Source: Peribolospora baueri (Eukaryota). From it: a DNA stretch of 64,000 nucleotides. Below, piece after piece: positions 53,077-64,000 of this stretch (positions within the stretch are counted from its first letter, which is position 1; each line of letters begins with the position of its first letter). The notes beneath the pieces were generated by a model. It had not been told where the DNA came from. It did not search any database and saw nothing but the letters and a program-made list of their open reading frames with translations. The stretch is taken from contig JAMDHS010000062.1 in the NCBI GenBank assembly GCA_029717555.1, positions 1-64,000 of the forward strand. Reading direction: 5' to 3'. Made by a program: the position numbers and the translations under genes.

Positions 53077-54793
53077 CTATCGCCTGCCGAACTTCTCCCT
53101 CGCCAAATCGACCAGGCCACGGAGCTTCTCGAGTACGAGGAAGATGATGATCGTGTTGGGGGCCAGTCTGTGTGCGGGTGACGACGTCAGAATGGAAGCG
53201 CGTGTTCCGGAGATAAAGATGGGGAGAGTCAAAAAAGCAGCATGGAGTGCGACGACAAGGCACGTCGATTCGTATCAGGGCGAAGGACTCACCGAATCCA
53301 AGCGGGTGTCCAACCTTTGAACATGAACCCTGGCCCCTCCTCTCGCATCGACTTTTGGATCATTTGTACAATCTACAAGGCGTCAAGCGGGGGCGGATAT
53401 GAGGCCAGGTGAGAGGCGGATAGGGAAAATCACGGTGTCGATTAAATAGGACGCAGAGCGACACCGGTATGCACTCACGCTGAGACCTTCGGTCGCGTTC
53501 ATGATCCTGCTCCGAATGACGCTGCAAGAATGTAAAGAAGGTCCAGGCCGCTGGGCTTTAGGACGCTCGTTCGCCTCATACATACTCGACCCTCAATAAA
53601 CTTACTCGGCGGGGGAGCAAATGGTGGTAGCCACAGTTCCGGCGAGCAAAGAGGCGTTGAAGTGGAGCCAGGTGCCTTCCCTGTAAAGGCCTGTGCCGAG
53701 GAGGAAGGCCTTGAAGTAATCGTACGTCGCTATCGACGGTCATCGACAAAGGGGTGAAATACGGTCAGCGGTCGGGTCATCCGCATCTAGCCTCCTCCTC
53801 TCTTTAACATCTCCATGACCAGTATCGTCCGGCTGGTGCAGTACGTTACAGCAAACTGGATACGAATCAGCAAGCAGGGACTCACCCAATTGACTCGAGT
53901 TCATCAATATTGCCCTGGCCACGTTGGGTGCGAGACCGCGAAAGAGGCTGACGAACCCTTCCTCGCGAAGCATGCGGAAAAGACCATCAAAGCAGTTGCG
54001 GTAGCCCAACCGGGATTCTGGAGTTTTGTTTATGTCCGAGGTCATGCGGACGAGGATGACATCTACGAGGCAACGAGAGCAGAGCAAGGCGGGACGCCAC
54101 CGTCAACGGGCGTCTCCTCAGTCGTCATCCTGCGAAACCTCACCGACACTCACCGGCCGGATTACCCGCCAAACCTCCCGCCGCTCCCGCCGCTCCAGCA
54201 CAAATGGCCATTTTCCAGGCTGGCAAAGTGGCGGGGTCGTTGGGCGAGCGTATTGCGCGCTTGAGAGGTTCGTACGCCCCGAAGCGAGTCACACTGTACG
54301 TCATTTGTCGGAGAATGGAGGCCGAGAGGCCGACGTAGAGGCCGCGAAAACCTGAACGAGTGCAGGGCAAAGGAAAGGGGGAGGAAGAGGTGCAAACGAC
54401 ATAGAAGAGGGCGAGCGTGAGCACAGGGAAAAGACGGTTGATGCGCAGCGGAAAAAAGGTAAGAAGACCGAAAGCTCACCGTCGTGCCGTGCCGTGGCCA
54501 CCAACGTGCCAAACATGCCTCTTTGGCCACCGGTTTGCATTCGCCTGCACGAAGTACGGTGGGGAGAAGATATGAGCGGGCAAATCAAAGATAGGCGGCC
54601 TTGTGACATGTTGAACAGCCTCATATCAACAGCCTAGGCTGAAAAACGGCACTCACACCTTGGTAAGGTCCAGAGGGTGAGTGCAGCAAGCGGCGACGGA
54701 GGCGGCAGCGCCTCCCAGCCAGAACGGGTACCGCTTCGGCGCGGCAGCCTGGGTCGGTCTTTGCAGCGGTGATGGTGATGCGGGTGCTGCCAT
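53077..54793 (-). CDS. DIC1: Mitochondrial dicarboxylate carrier (SLC25), multi-exon
   Basis: KRYPFWLGGAAASVAACCTHPLDLTKVRMQ; GLSASILRQMTYSVTRFG; GNPADVILVRM; RAILMNSSQLATYD; SPADVIRSRIMN; FKGWTPAWIRLAPNT. Confidence 0.92.
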
Positions 54794-55448
54794 TGTAAAA
54801 GAATGGGGTGGGAGAGGATGACCTATCGAGCCGGAGATTGCGTGTGTTTGCTACTTGAACAATGTGGGTGGGGGGTCCAGGGGTCCTCTTCTATTCTGAA
54901 ATGTCCGAGAAAGCTAGGTCGAGCTCGTTCTGTCGATTGAGATGAATGATGATCGTTGAAGTGGAAAAGAAAACAAGTCCGTGCGCCGCCCAGAGATACG
55001 ACGCGTCTGCTCCTCGTGCCTTTCCAGTCTATGTTCCTGCCCGCGTGCGTGTCCGATATGGAAGAGGCGTGCTGTGGCGTGCCTCCAGAAAACCGAGGGA
55101 CCAAGTCGAGTGTAGAAGAGAGAAGAGAGAGCGGAGAGAAGAGAAGAGAGAGCGGAAATGGATGCGATGGCGAGGAGCGAGGCTTCTTCAGTGAACGCCG
55201 CCCGGCTGTTCGGCCCGACAAAACTTCTTAGCCGGTGATCGACGGCGGTCGGAGACGGAGATAGGAGGCGGGGCTGGATAAGAGGCCGAGGGCCGAGATA
55301 GGGAGTGCGGGCGGATAATGAGGGGAAGGGCCCACGGACCATCTTCCCCTCGACCTCGACCTCGTCCTCCTTCTCGTCCTCCGTTCCTCTGCCAGCGAAT
55401 AACGCCCTCGTCGCCCCATCTGATCTCTTTTCAATTATACCCTCCGTC

Positions 55449-58400
55449 ATGTCTTCCAACGGGCGTGCCAAGCAAACGGGCGAGCCCGACCCCATCATGC
55501 TGGTGAGCCAGGGAGCCCGAGTCGACCGAGTCGCATCTTGGTCGCAAGCTAGCTGTATTGGAGGGAAGAAGTACAGAGTTTCTTTGTGCTGATAATGTTG
55601 ACGGCCCCCTTCCTTGATTATTCACGCTTGCTTATCTTCCCACATATAGAGCCTGTTCGCCAATAGGTGAGTGTGGTTGCATGCGCATCTCCCCTTTCGA
55701 AGGCCCGAAAGCGAACGCCTCGTCAGCGGCAGACGGCAACGAGTTAACTTGGTCCTCTTTATGAACTATTTGTACCCAGGTTCATGTCCGTAGCCGAAGC
55801 GATGGGCCGTTCGCTGATGCAGACTTCTATCAGCACGAACATCAAGGAGCGTCTCGACTTCTCTTGCGCCATTTTTGCCCCTAACGGTGACCTCATCGCC
55901 AATGCCCCTCACCTTCCTGTACACCTTGGAAGCATGAGCTTCGCGGTGCGGTATCAGATTCAGCATCTTAATCGTCCAGGCGGAGAGGGGTTTAAGAAAG
56001 GGGATGTTATTATGTCCAATCATCCCGAGGCCGGCGGGAGTGAGTGCACAGTCCGGCTGAGTTTCACACAGGTCCGACACCTTTGCCAATCTCTTTTCTC
56101 ACCTCGCTCTTCACGCTCTTCGCTCTGCAGGCCATCTTCCTGACATCAACATCATCACCCCCGTGTTCGACCAAAGTTCTGGAGAGATTGTCTTCTTTAC
56201 CGCCAGCAGGGGTCACCATGCCGGTGCGTGGCTCACCTGTTCGGTAGTCGCTCCGTACGTGAACGATTCTGACGTCTTGCTTTCTTTGTTGGCAATGTCT
56301 CGTTACCGCTTCTCATCAGACATTGGCGGTATCCTTCCTGGCTCGTGAGTTTTCCGTGTTCGGCGATGCCATCTCGGTTTTCGCTCGGTGCTGTACTCAG
56401 GGCTTCTCCCTGTTGTCTTTTCCTCCGTTCCTTACGTATCGCACTCGGTTTACGACTCTTCCCTCCTAATACAGTATGCCCCCCACATCCAAGACCATTT
56501 TTGAAGAGGGTGCCCAAATCAAGAGTTTTAAGCTTGTTAAGGAGGGCGTCTTCGATCGCGAGGGCATGGTCAAGTTGCTTGTTGTGCGTCCGTTGTATTC
56601 TGTCTCACGTTTTCATTCGTCTGCCCGTCTGTCCGCTCCTTTTTCTTGGCGCTCACTGCTTGAACCTTTACTTTTTGCTTTTCGTTTGTCGTCAAATGCT
56701 TCTCTCGGATTTCCGCACCACAGGAAGAACCAGCGAAGTATCCCGGTTGCTCTGGCAGTAGGTGCCTGCGCGACGTCGAGAGCGACCTTAAGGCTCAAGT
56801 AGCTGCCAATCAAAAGGGAATCAATCTTATCGGCTTGCTCATCGATGAGTACGGACTTGAGACTGTCCAGGAGGTGTGTGCGCGCTTCGGTTTATCTCTA
56901 CGGTTGAATGGTCGGTTAGACGAGATAGTGGCTGAGTCCTGTCTATCCCGATGTCATCTCTGTTCCCCTCAATTCGTTATGCTCTCCTTCCCATCTAATA
57001 GTACATGCACCACATCCGTGCAAACGCCGAGCTAGCGGTGCGCAACCTGCTCAAGGAGGTTGCCCAGCGCCACGGCACTCACGTTTTGCACGCAAAGGAC
57101 TACATGGACGACGGTACGCCCATCGAGCTCAAAGTCACCATCGACAAGGAAAAGGGAAGCGCCGTGTTTGATTTCGAGGTGCGTCGAAGTTGCGGAGGAT
57201 GCACGCTAGCCTTAGGACCGAACACCGGACTGCTGATGTAAGCTTTGCTTGCGCGTTCTTGAACGATATACAGGGCACCGGCCCGGAAGTGCTGGGTAAG
57301 AGACACCATTCATTTTCCCAGTTTTATTTGCCAACATCCCCTCAGCCCCCGTTTCCTTACGTTTTCCGTACTCCTGCGACCCGCATCGACCCATGGCAGG
57401 CAACACCAACACACCCATCTCGGTCACCTACAGCGCGATCATCTATTGCCTTCGCAGCATGGTGACAATGGACATCCCGCTCAATCAAGGCTGCCTCGAG
57501 CCCATCGAGGTTCGCATCCCCAAGCGTTCCATTCTCGACCCCTCTGACACGGCCGCTGTCGTGGGCGGGAACGTGCTCACGAGCCAGAGGATCACGGACA
57601 TTGTGCTCAAGGCCTTCAAGGCGGCGGCAGCCAGTCAAGGTGACACGTGAGTCTGTAGTTTGCGCGCCCTGCTCGTCGCCTGCGTCCAGAAAATGCACGA
57701 GTTGAAACCGGTTCATTACTTTCGTCCGACGCGACAACAGCAACAACCTCACCTTCGGCCTGGGCGGGAAGAACGAGCGAGGGGAACACGTGGAGGGCTT
57801 CGGTTACTACGAGACCATCGCGGGCGGGAGTGGCGCTGGACCGACGTGGGAGGGGACCAGCGGCGTGCACACGGTGAGTTGGCGGTTTGGGACCGTAGTG
57901 GCACGGGCGGCGCCGTCGTGAATACGTACGTTTTCGCTCGCGCGCGATGTCGATGACTGATCCACCAGTCGTTTTTCACCACCCGACACGACGTACCTGG
58001 TCGCTTCGGTCCGATCAGCATATGACAAAGTGAGTGAGGAGTTGGACCGATGGACTTAAAGCCGTCTATAGATGCAGTCGTTGACCTTTGCCCATCGTCG
58101 AATTGGATGCGATTCCGCGCTCGCTATCATGGCATGCAGCACCCGCATCACCGTGAGTCCGTCGACGATGGCCTTGTCTTGTCGTTCTTTGGACGATTGC
58201 GGAGACTCCAACCGGTTGCTGGGGCGGAGAGGGGGCTGACCTGGCTTTTTCCTGTGGTATGCTGACGAAATCAGGACCCGGAGATCATGGAACGGCGATA
58301 CCCCGTCGTGGTTCGCCAGTTCTCCCTGCGGCCTGGTGAGTTCTGAGAGCGAGCGAAGGTGAAAAAGCACATTCAAAGACGCGCTTTTTTCGCTGGACTG

Positions 58401-59101
58401 TCGAGAAGAGGGATGGAAGGTGTGGTCCGGATCCGGCTGACCTGACGTACATCAACGCCTCGTCCGTGCTTGCTTCTGAACCACTCGCGAAAACGAACGA
58501 ACGAACTAGGCTCGGGCGGCCAAGGGCTGCACAAGGGCGGAGACGGGGTGATCCGAGAGTTGGAGTTTCTCGAGCCGTCGATCCAGGTGTCCATCCTGTC
58601 CGAGCGACGCGTGTACCGGCCGTTCGGGATGAAGGGAGGCGGCGACGCCGAGTGCGGGCAGAACGTGTGGATCAAGATGCCGAGGCGCAGGGACGGGGAT
58701 TGGAAGGAGGGGGAGAAGAACGAGGCGAGGGTGATCAATTTGGGTGGAAAGGTGAGTCGGATCCGGGACCGATTTTGGTGGAGACGGCTTTCTTTCCCTT
58801 TTCGCCACTTCCAATTCAATTCAAATTCAATTCAACTCAGTTTGGTTCGTGCTTATGCTTTTCTTTCCGGGTCCCCGCACCTATTTTTTTTGCAAACGGC
58901 GCTCATGGCGGACAGACGACGGTGCGCATGTCGAAACACGATCGCATCGTCATCAAGACGCCCGGGGGCGGCGCGTGGGGGGCGCTCGGGAGCGGGGAGA
59001 AGAGGGCGCTGGAGGAGAAGGAGAAGGAGAGGGAGAAGGAGAGGGTGCACGAGCCGAGGGGGAGTTTGGCAGAGAGGGCGGCTGCGCAGTTAGGTGCTTG
59101 A
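55449..59101 (+). CDS. Hydantoinase B / 5-oxoprolinase C-terminal half as a stand-alone, many-exon gene
   Basis: [125 protein letters not shown]. Confidence 0.92.
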
Positions 59102-59427
59102 TTTCGCTTTCGCTTCGCCCGCTCGCCGTTCGTTTCTCGTTCGCGGTGGAGGCGACCGGAGTCTAGTCAAAAATGTCATGTACCTAGCTCGATGTAGACG
59201 GCCTCGTGAGTGAGTGAGTGAGGGTTAATAGGAACGCACATCGATTGCTATCGTCCGTAGGCCATCGTCGGCCTTGCCTCGACATGGTGCTCCCCCTTCG
59301 CTCCCTCTTCATATCCATCCACCCACTCTTCTCAACGGCATGCGCTCGCCCGTCATTCATCTGGACGTCCGTACATCCTCCCAGCCATCCTCCTCCCCGT
59401 TCTATCTCGCTCGATTCCCTGCCAAGG

Positions 59428-60295
59428 TCATGCTTTGGAGGGGGTGGAGAGTTGTACGGCCAGGGCGGAGGGTCGGCCGTCTGGTGTCTCGAAAAGGGAT
59501 TTGGCGTGTTGCCGTTCCTGACAGATAGATAAATAGGTAAAACGGATGGATGGATGAACAAACAACGGATGGATTGAATGTTATCTTCGTTCGCCGGCTC
59601 ACCTTGTCGGTGACTCTCTTGAAATCCAACACCCTGAGCTTTGCGCACTTCCATACGACGTACTCCCGGTAGTGCTTCTTCCTCGCCACAGGGTTGCCCA
59701 TGAGAGAGAGAAAGGTTAGGTAGGGGAACCGGGCGAGCGGGTCGAGCTGGTCAAAGTCTGCGATCGCGTTGTTCGTGAGGATGAGGGTGGAGAGGGAGGG
59801 GAGGGAGTGGGCGAGGCGCGGGTCGAGGCGGGAGACGAGGTTGTTGGCGAGGATGAGGGTGTGGAGGCGGAGGAGGAGGGGAAATGAGGCAAGCGCACGG
59901 ATATCGTTGTCCGTCAAATCGATTGCGTCGTTTTGGTCCTGGGAGAGGGAGGAAGAGGAGGAGGAGCGAAAGAGGTGCGGTGAGTGTGGCGGCGACGCGA
60001 CGTTCAGACACTGGTATCCACGCCCGGCCGCCGGTCGCTCCATTTCCTCGCTTGTTTGCTTCCTTCCTTCCTTCTCTTATTTTTTCGTTTCGCTCACCCT
60101 CGTGACGCCCAAGTTTTCGATCGCGGGGATCCTGTGGCCTGGGGAAGGAAGAAGACAGGAAAGGAAACGGATGGGTGACAAGCTTCCCGGGTCGGGTCGC
60201 ACGAGCGGCGACGCACCTCGGAGATCGAGCTCGCGGTCCTTGAGCGTGTTGATGGCCGAGGGAGACCGCGCGACGAGCTCTGGAGTGAGCTTCAT
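59428..60295 (-). CDS. LEA1: U2 snRNP A' (LRR), 4 exons
   Basis: MKLTPELVARSPSAINTLKDRELDLR|GHRIPAIENLGVTR|DQNDAIDLTDNDIR..GNPVARKKHYREYVVWK..LRVLDFKRVTDK|ERQHAKSLF...stop. Confidence 0.93.
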
Positions 60296-60949
60296 TGGCG
60301 CGGGTGGGGGGAGGCGAAGGGAGAGGAAGAGGAGCGGGAGGGGACGAGAAGGACAAGCGAGCTGGTGGTCGTCGTGTGTGCTCCGAGTTATCTAGCTCTC
60401 GATCGCACTCCTTCCTCCTCGCTCGCTCGCTGGTCACGTGGAGCCGAGGTGGCCCGCGCGCAGGGCCAGCAGGGGCGCGTGTGCGCGGCGTGCGGGACGG
60501 TCTGCGGCACACGTGCGAGGAGGCGGCAAGGAGGGAGGCGGCGATAGCCGGGGTCAGGGCAGAGGGTAACCCTAGTCTGGCATCCGCCTGCGCCTGGCCG
60601 CCGTGGGACCGCCTCCTGAGCTGTCTGGGTCTGGCGGTGGCCGTCGCGGTGCGAGAGTTGAACGCCTTCGAAGAACCTCCTTCTTTACTTCCTCCTCCTT
60701 CTCGTTCACCTTCTCCTCCTCGTCGTCCTCACCTTCCTCGTCGTCCTCGCCTATCTCTCCCTCTCCATCCTCGCCCCCGTCCTCGTTTCCCGTCTCCCAT
60801 CGCGCATCGTCCGTCCCCCTCCCTGCGCTTCTTCCCCCTTCCCCAGCCCCGTCGCTCGCTTCTCGCCCGCACCCCTCCTCCCGCATCACCCCCATATCCA
60901 CCACCTTTTTCTTTCCATACCTCTCTTTCGCCCCTCTCTCCTTCTAAAC

Positions 60950-62841
60950 ATGGCCGACGTCTACGCCTCCAACGGCGCCAACCCCGCCGCCGCCGCCGCC
61001 GGCGGCGTCAGCTCTGCCGTCCGCAAGAAGCTCATGGGATACGTTGGCTTCGCCAACCTCCCCAACCAGGTCCACCGCAAGAGCGTTCGCAAGGGCTTCC
61101 ACTTCACTTGCATGGTCGTTGGTCAGTCCCACCGCCACCTCGTCTTCTATCCTTGCCTTTTCTCCTTCCCTCTTCCACGCGCCACCGCCCGTCGCGCATG
61201 TGGCTCGAGCCGGCCGTCGGGATGTGTCCTGCTCCTCGGTCATTCGCGCGCTGGGCCATGCTATCGTCCTCTCGTTCGTCACACTCGCCGGTGGCTCTGC
61301 TCACTCGTGCTCCTCCTTTGATCCCTCTTCCTGCAGGCGAGTCTGGTCTCGGCAAGTCCACCCTCGTCAACACGCTCTTCAACACCACCCTCTACCCTCG
61401 CAAGGAGGTCCTCCCTCCCGACGCCGAGAGGCCCAAGACGGTCGCCATTGAAAACATCAGCGCCAGTGCGTACGCGCGCGTCCTGTGATCCTTCCCTGCA
61501 ACTCGGCCACTCCCTTCTCCGGCTCTGACCTCGCTCACATCTCCCTCCTTCCCCCACAGACATCGAGGAGAACGGCGTTCGGCTTAACCTCACCGTCGTC
61601 GACACCCCCGGCTTCGGTGACTTTGTGAACAACGACGAGAGCTGGAGGCCCATCGTCCAGGACATCGAGGCTCGCTTCGATAACTACCTCGAGCAGGAGA
61701 ACCGCGTCAACCGCGCCAAGATGGTCGACAACCGTGTCCATGCTTGCCTTTACTTCGTTCAGCCTACCGGGCACTCGTGAGTTACTCCTGAGTCGCTGTT
61801 CTCACTGGTCGACTCTCGACGTCCCTTGACTGACAATCTGCTCTTTCCCCCTCCGCCCGCTCACCGCGCACGCAGCCTTCGGCCCATCGACATCGAGTTC
61901 ATGCGCCGCCTTCACACCAAGGTCAACCTTATCCCTGTCATCGCCAAGGCCGACACTCTTACCGACGAGGAGATCCTCTCCTTCAAGCAGCGCATCCTTG
62001 CCGACATCGCTCACCACCGCATCCAGATCTACCACGCCCCAGTCTACGATAATGAGGATGAGGAGACGATTGCGGAGAACGAGGAAATTGTCGTGAGTGT
62101 CCGTCGCATCGGCGGATCAATTGAGCGGCGGAGCCGTTCGTAACGGTCCGTTGAATGCCCTCTTTCTGCCCGTCTCCCCTTCCCGCAGCGTAAGATTCCC
62201 TTCGCCATCGTCGGCTCGGACCGCGAGGTGGACACTCCTGACGGCAGGCGAGTGCGTGGCCGTAGCTACCCGTGGGGCGTGATCGAGGTGGACGACGAGG
62301 ACCACTGCGACTTTGTCAAGCTGCGTCAGATGCTCATTCGCACGCACATGGAGGAGCTCAAGGAGTATACCAATGACGTGCTCTACGAGAACTACCGCTC
62401 CGAGAAGCTCCTCGCCATGGGTGTCACCCAGGACCACTCCGTTTTCAAGGAGGTCAACCCGGCTGCCAAGATGGCCGAGGAGCGCGCGCTCCACGAGGCC
62501 AAGCTGGCCAAGATGGAGTCGGAGATGAAGCTCGTCTTCCAGCAGAAGGTCATGGAGAAGGAGGCCAAGCTGAAACAGTCCGAGGAGGAGCTCTACGCGC
62601 GCCACCGCGAGATGAAGGACGCGCTCGAGAAGCAGAGGCTCGAGCTCGAAGACCGCAAGAGGCGCCTCGAGTCGGGCAGGCCTTTGACCCCGGAGAAGGT
62701 GAGAGCTGACCAGGCGGCGCAGTCTTGGTGGCCTGTTGTTCGTCGGGCGTAGGGCGGCCAACTGACACCGTCATTCATCTTCGTGTCCCCTTCGTCTCAC
62801 AGTCCGGCAAGAAGAAGGGCGGCTTCTCTCTCCGTGGATGA
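60950..62841 (+). CDS. CDC3: Septin, Cdc3 group, multi-exon
   Basis: [71 protein letters not shown]-terminal coiled coil, ends [10 protein letters not shown]. Confidence 0.95.
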
Positions 62842-64000
62842 GCGATGTCTTGACGCCGTTAAAACGTCTCTACCGACTGTCCACGCTTTCAGCATCTATT
62901 TACCTCGACGCTTCTCTCGTTTTCCATCGGTTGATACCATGTCGCGCCGCGTTGCCTTGCGTCGCGTGTGCGACACCCCCACCCACCCTGACTTCCCCGT
63001 TTCTCGGGTGCGGACGTTCGCCATTCCTCTCTTTCACCTTCTTGATTTCCGTCTGTCCTTCGACGTTTCCTTTCCTAATTTCTGGTCTCCCCGTCGGAAG
63101 ATCGCATGGCGCTTTTTCCACCTCTCGCTCGTTTACCCTCTCTTCGTTTCACTTTCCTTTTCCCCTTTGGGACCGGAAGGCTCTCGGTTCGTTCATCAAT
63201 CATGGACGGCTTCTCCTTCATCGTCTCTGTCCGGGCCGGATTGGCCACGTACTCCATATCATGTCTCCTACCATTCCTCCATCCTATCTGGTCGAGCTCC
63301 GTCGCGGCGTGGACCGTGGCTCGTGACCGGTGACCGGCCGTGGTTGGTAGAACGGACGGAAGGATGGATGTACCGTCCACGCTTTCCTCGTCCTCTCCCC
63401 TTCTCTCCTAGTTCCCCTCCTTGACGTGCACCCCACGCCGCCGTTCCTTCTTTCGTCAGTCCTCGTCTGGAACCTCGCGCCTGTCTCTTCCCTCCCTCCC
63501 GTTCTCTTCGTTTCCCCCTCCCTCCTCCAGTCTCTTTCTCTTTCTCGTCTCCCCAGCGTCTGTCATGTCTTGTCCTGTTTCCTCCGCCCTCTCTCATCCC
63601 AGTCTTCTTCGTGTCTGTCATGGAAAGGAAAAATCCTCCGTTTCTCTACACCTCCCACTGCAGATGCTGTTGAGCACCTCGGGCGACTGAGACGGGGTTT
63701 GCTGCGGCAATCACTTTCTTCTCGGCTACAGCGACTTCGACCACCGACGTCGTTGCTCATCCGCTTTCCATCTCTTTCCTCCTTTTCCTCCATTCTCTCC
63801 TCCACCATTTCCGCTTCCCACTGGCGTCGGTCGCTCGACGCCACGCCCTACCAACGACCGCGATGGCCACCCTGCGCACCATCGGTTCATGGGCGCTCCG
63901 AGCGTCTCCAACGGCCTGCTCCCTGACCTCCTCCGCCACGTCTTGCCCCCTCTCCTACCGAACTCAAATACGCTCCTCCCACATCGGCTCCATGCCCATC

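Noticed and set aside
52958..53320. 120-aa plus-strand ORF with an acidic N-terminus
   Set aside because: Overlaps the last DIC1 exons in antisense and has no recognisable motif.

Overview
Eukaryotic, GC-rich, intron-rich fungal DNA from a basidiomycete. Ustilaginomycotina is likely, inferred from the Ras2-type protein. I reconstructed spliced models by eye for 19 apparently intact protein-coding genes: ATG26/UGT51, GAS1-type GH72, FKS1, ULP1, yippee/MOH1, BET1, LSC1, RPD3/Clr6-type HDAC, VMA7, a small secreted Cys-hairpin protein, an HNH/YisB-like protein, CSN6, RPS27, MTR10, RAS2, DIC1, a stand-alone hydantoinase-B half of 5-oxoprolinase, LEA1/U2A' and septin CDC3. Sixteen of them form eight head-to-head pairs. 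Accessory material comprises two chromovirus (Ty3/gypsy) remnants, a degenerate tandem repeat at the left edge, and an APH-like kinase pseudogene split by a ~157-bp foldback/MITE. The most notable items are the split 5-oxoprolinase with microexons, a secreted prepro-peptide with a CX3C-X6-CX3C alpha-hairpinin-like motif, the MITE insertion, the divergent GAS1-FKS1 pair and a C-terminally shortened U2A'. I see no CRISPR array, rRNA or tRNA and cannot claim a clearly new multi-gene system. All identifications come from motif recognition, not database searches.
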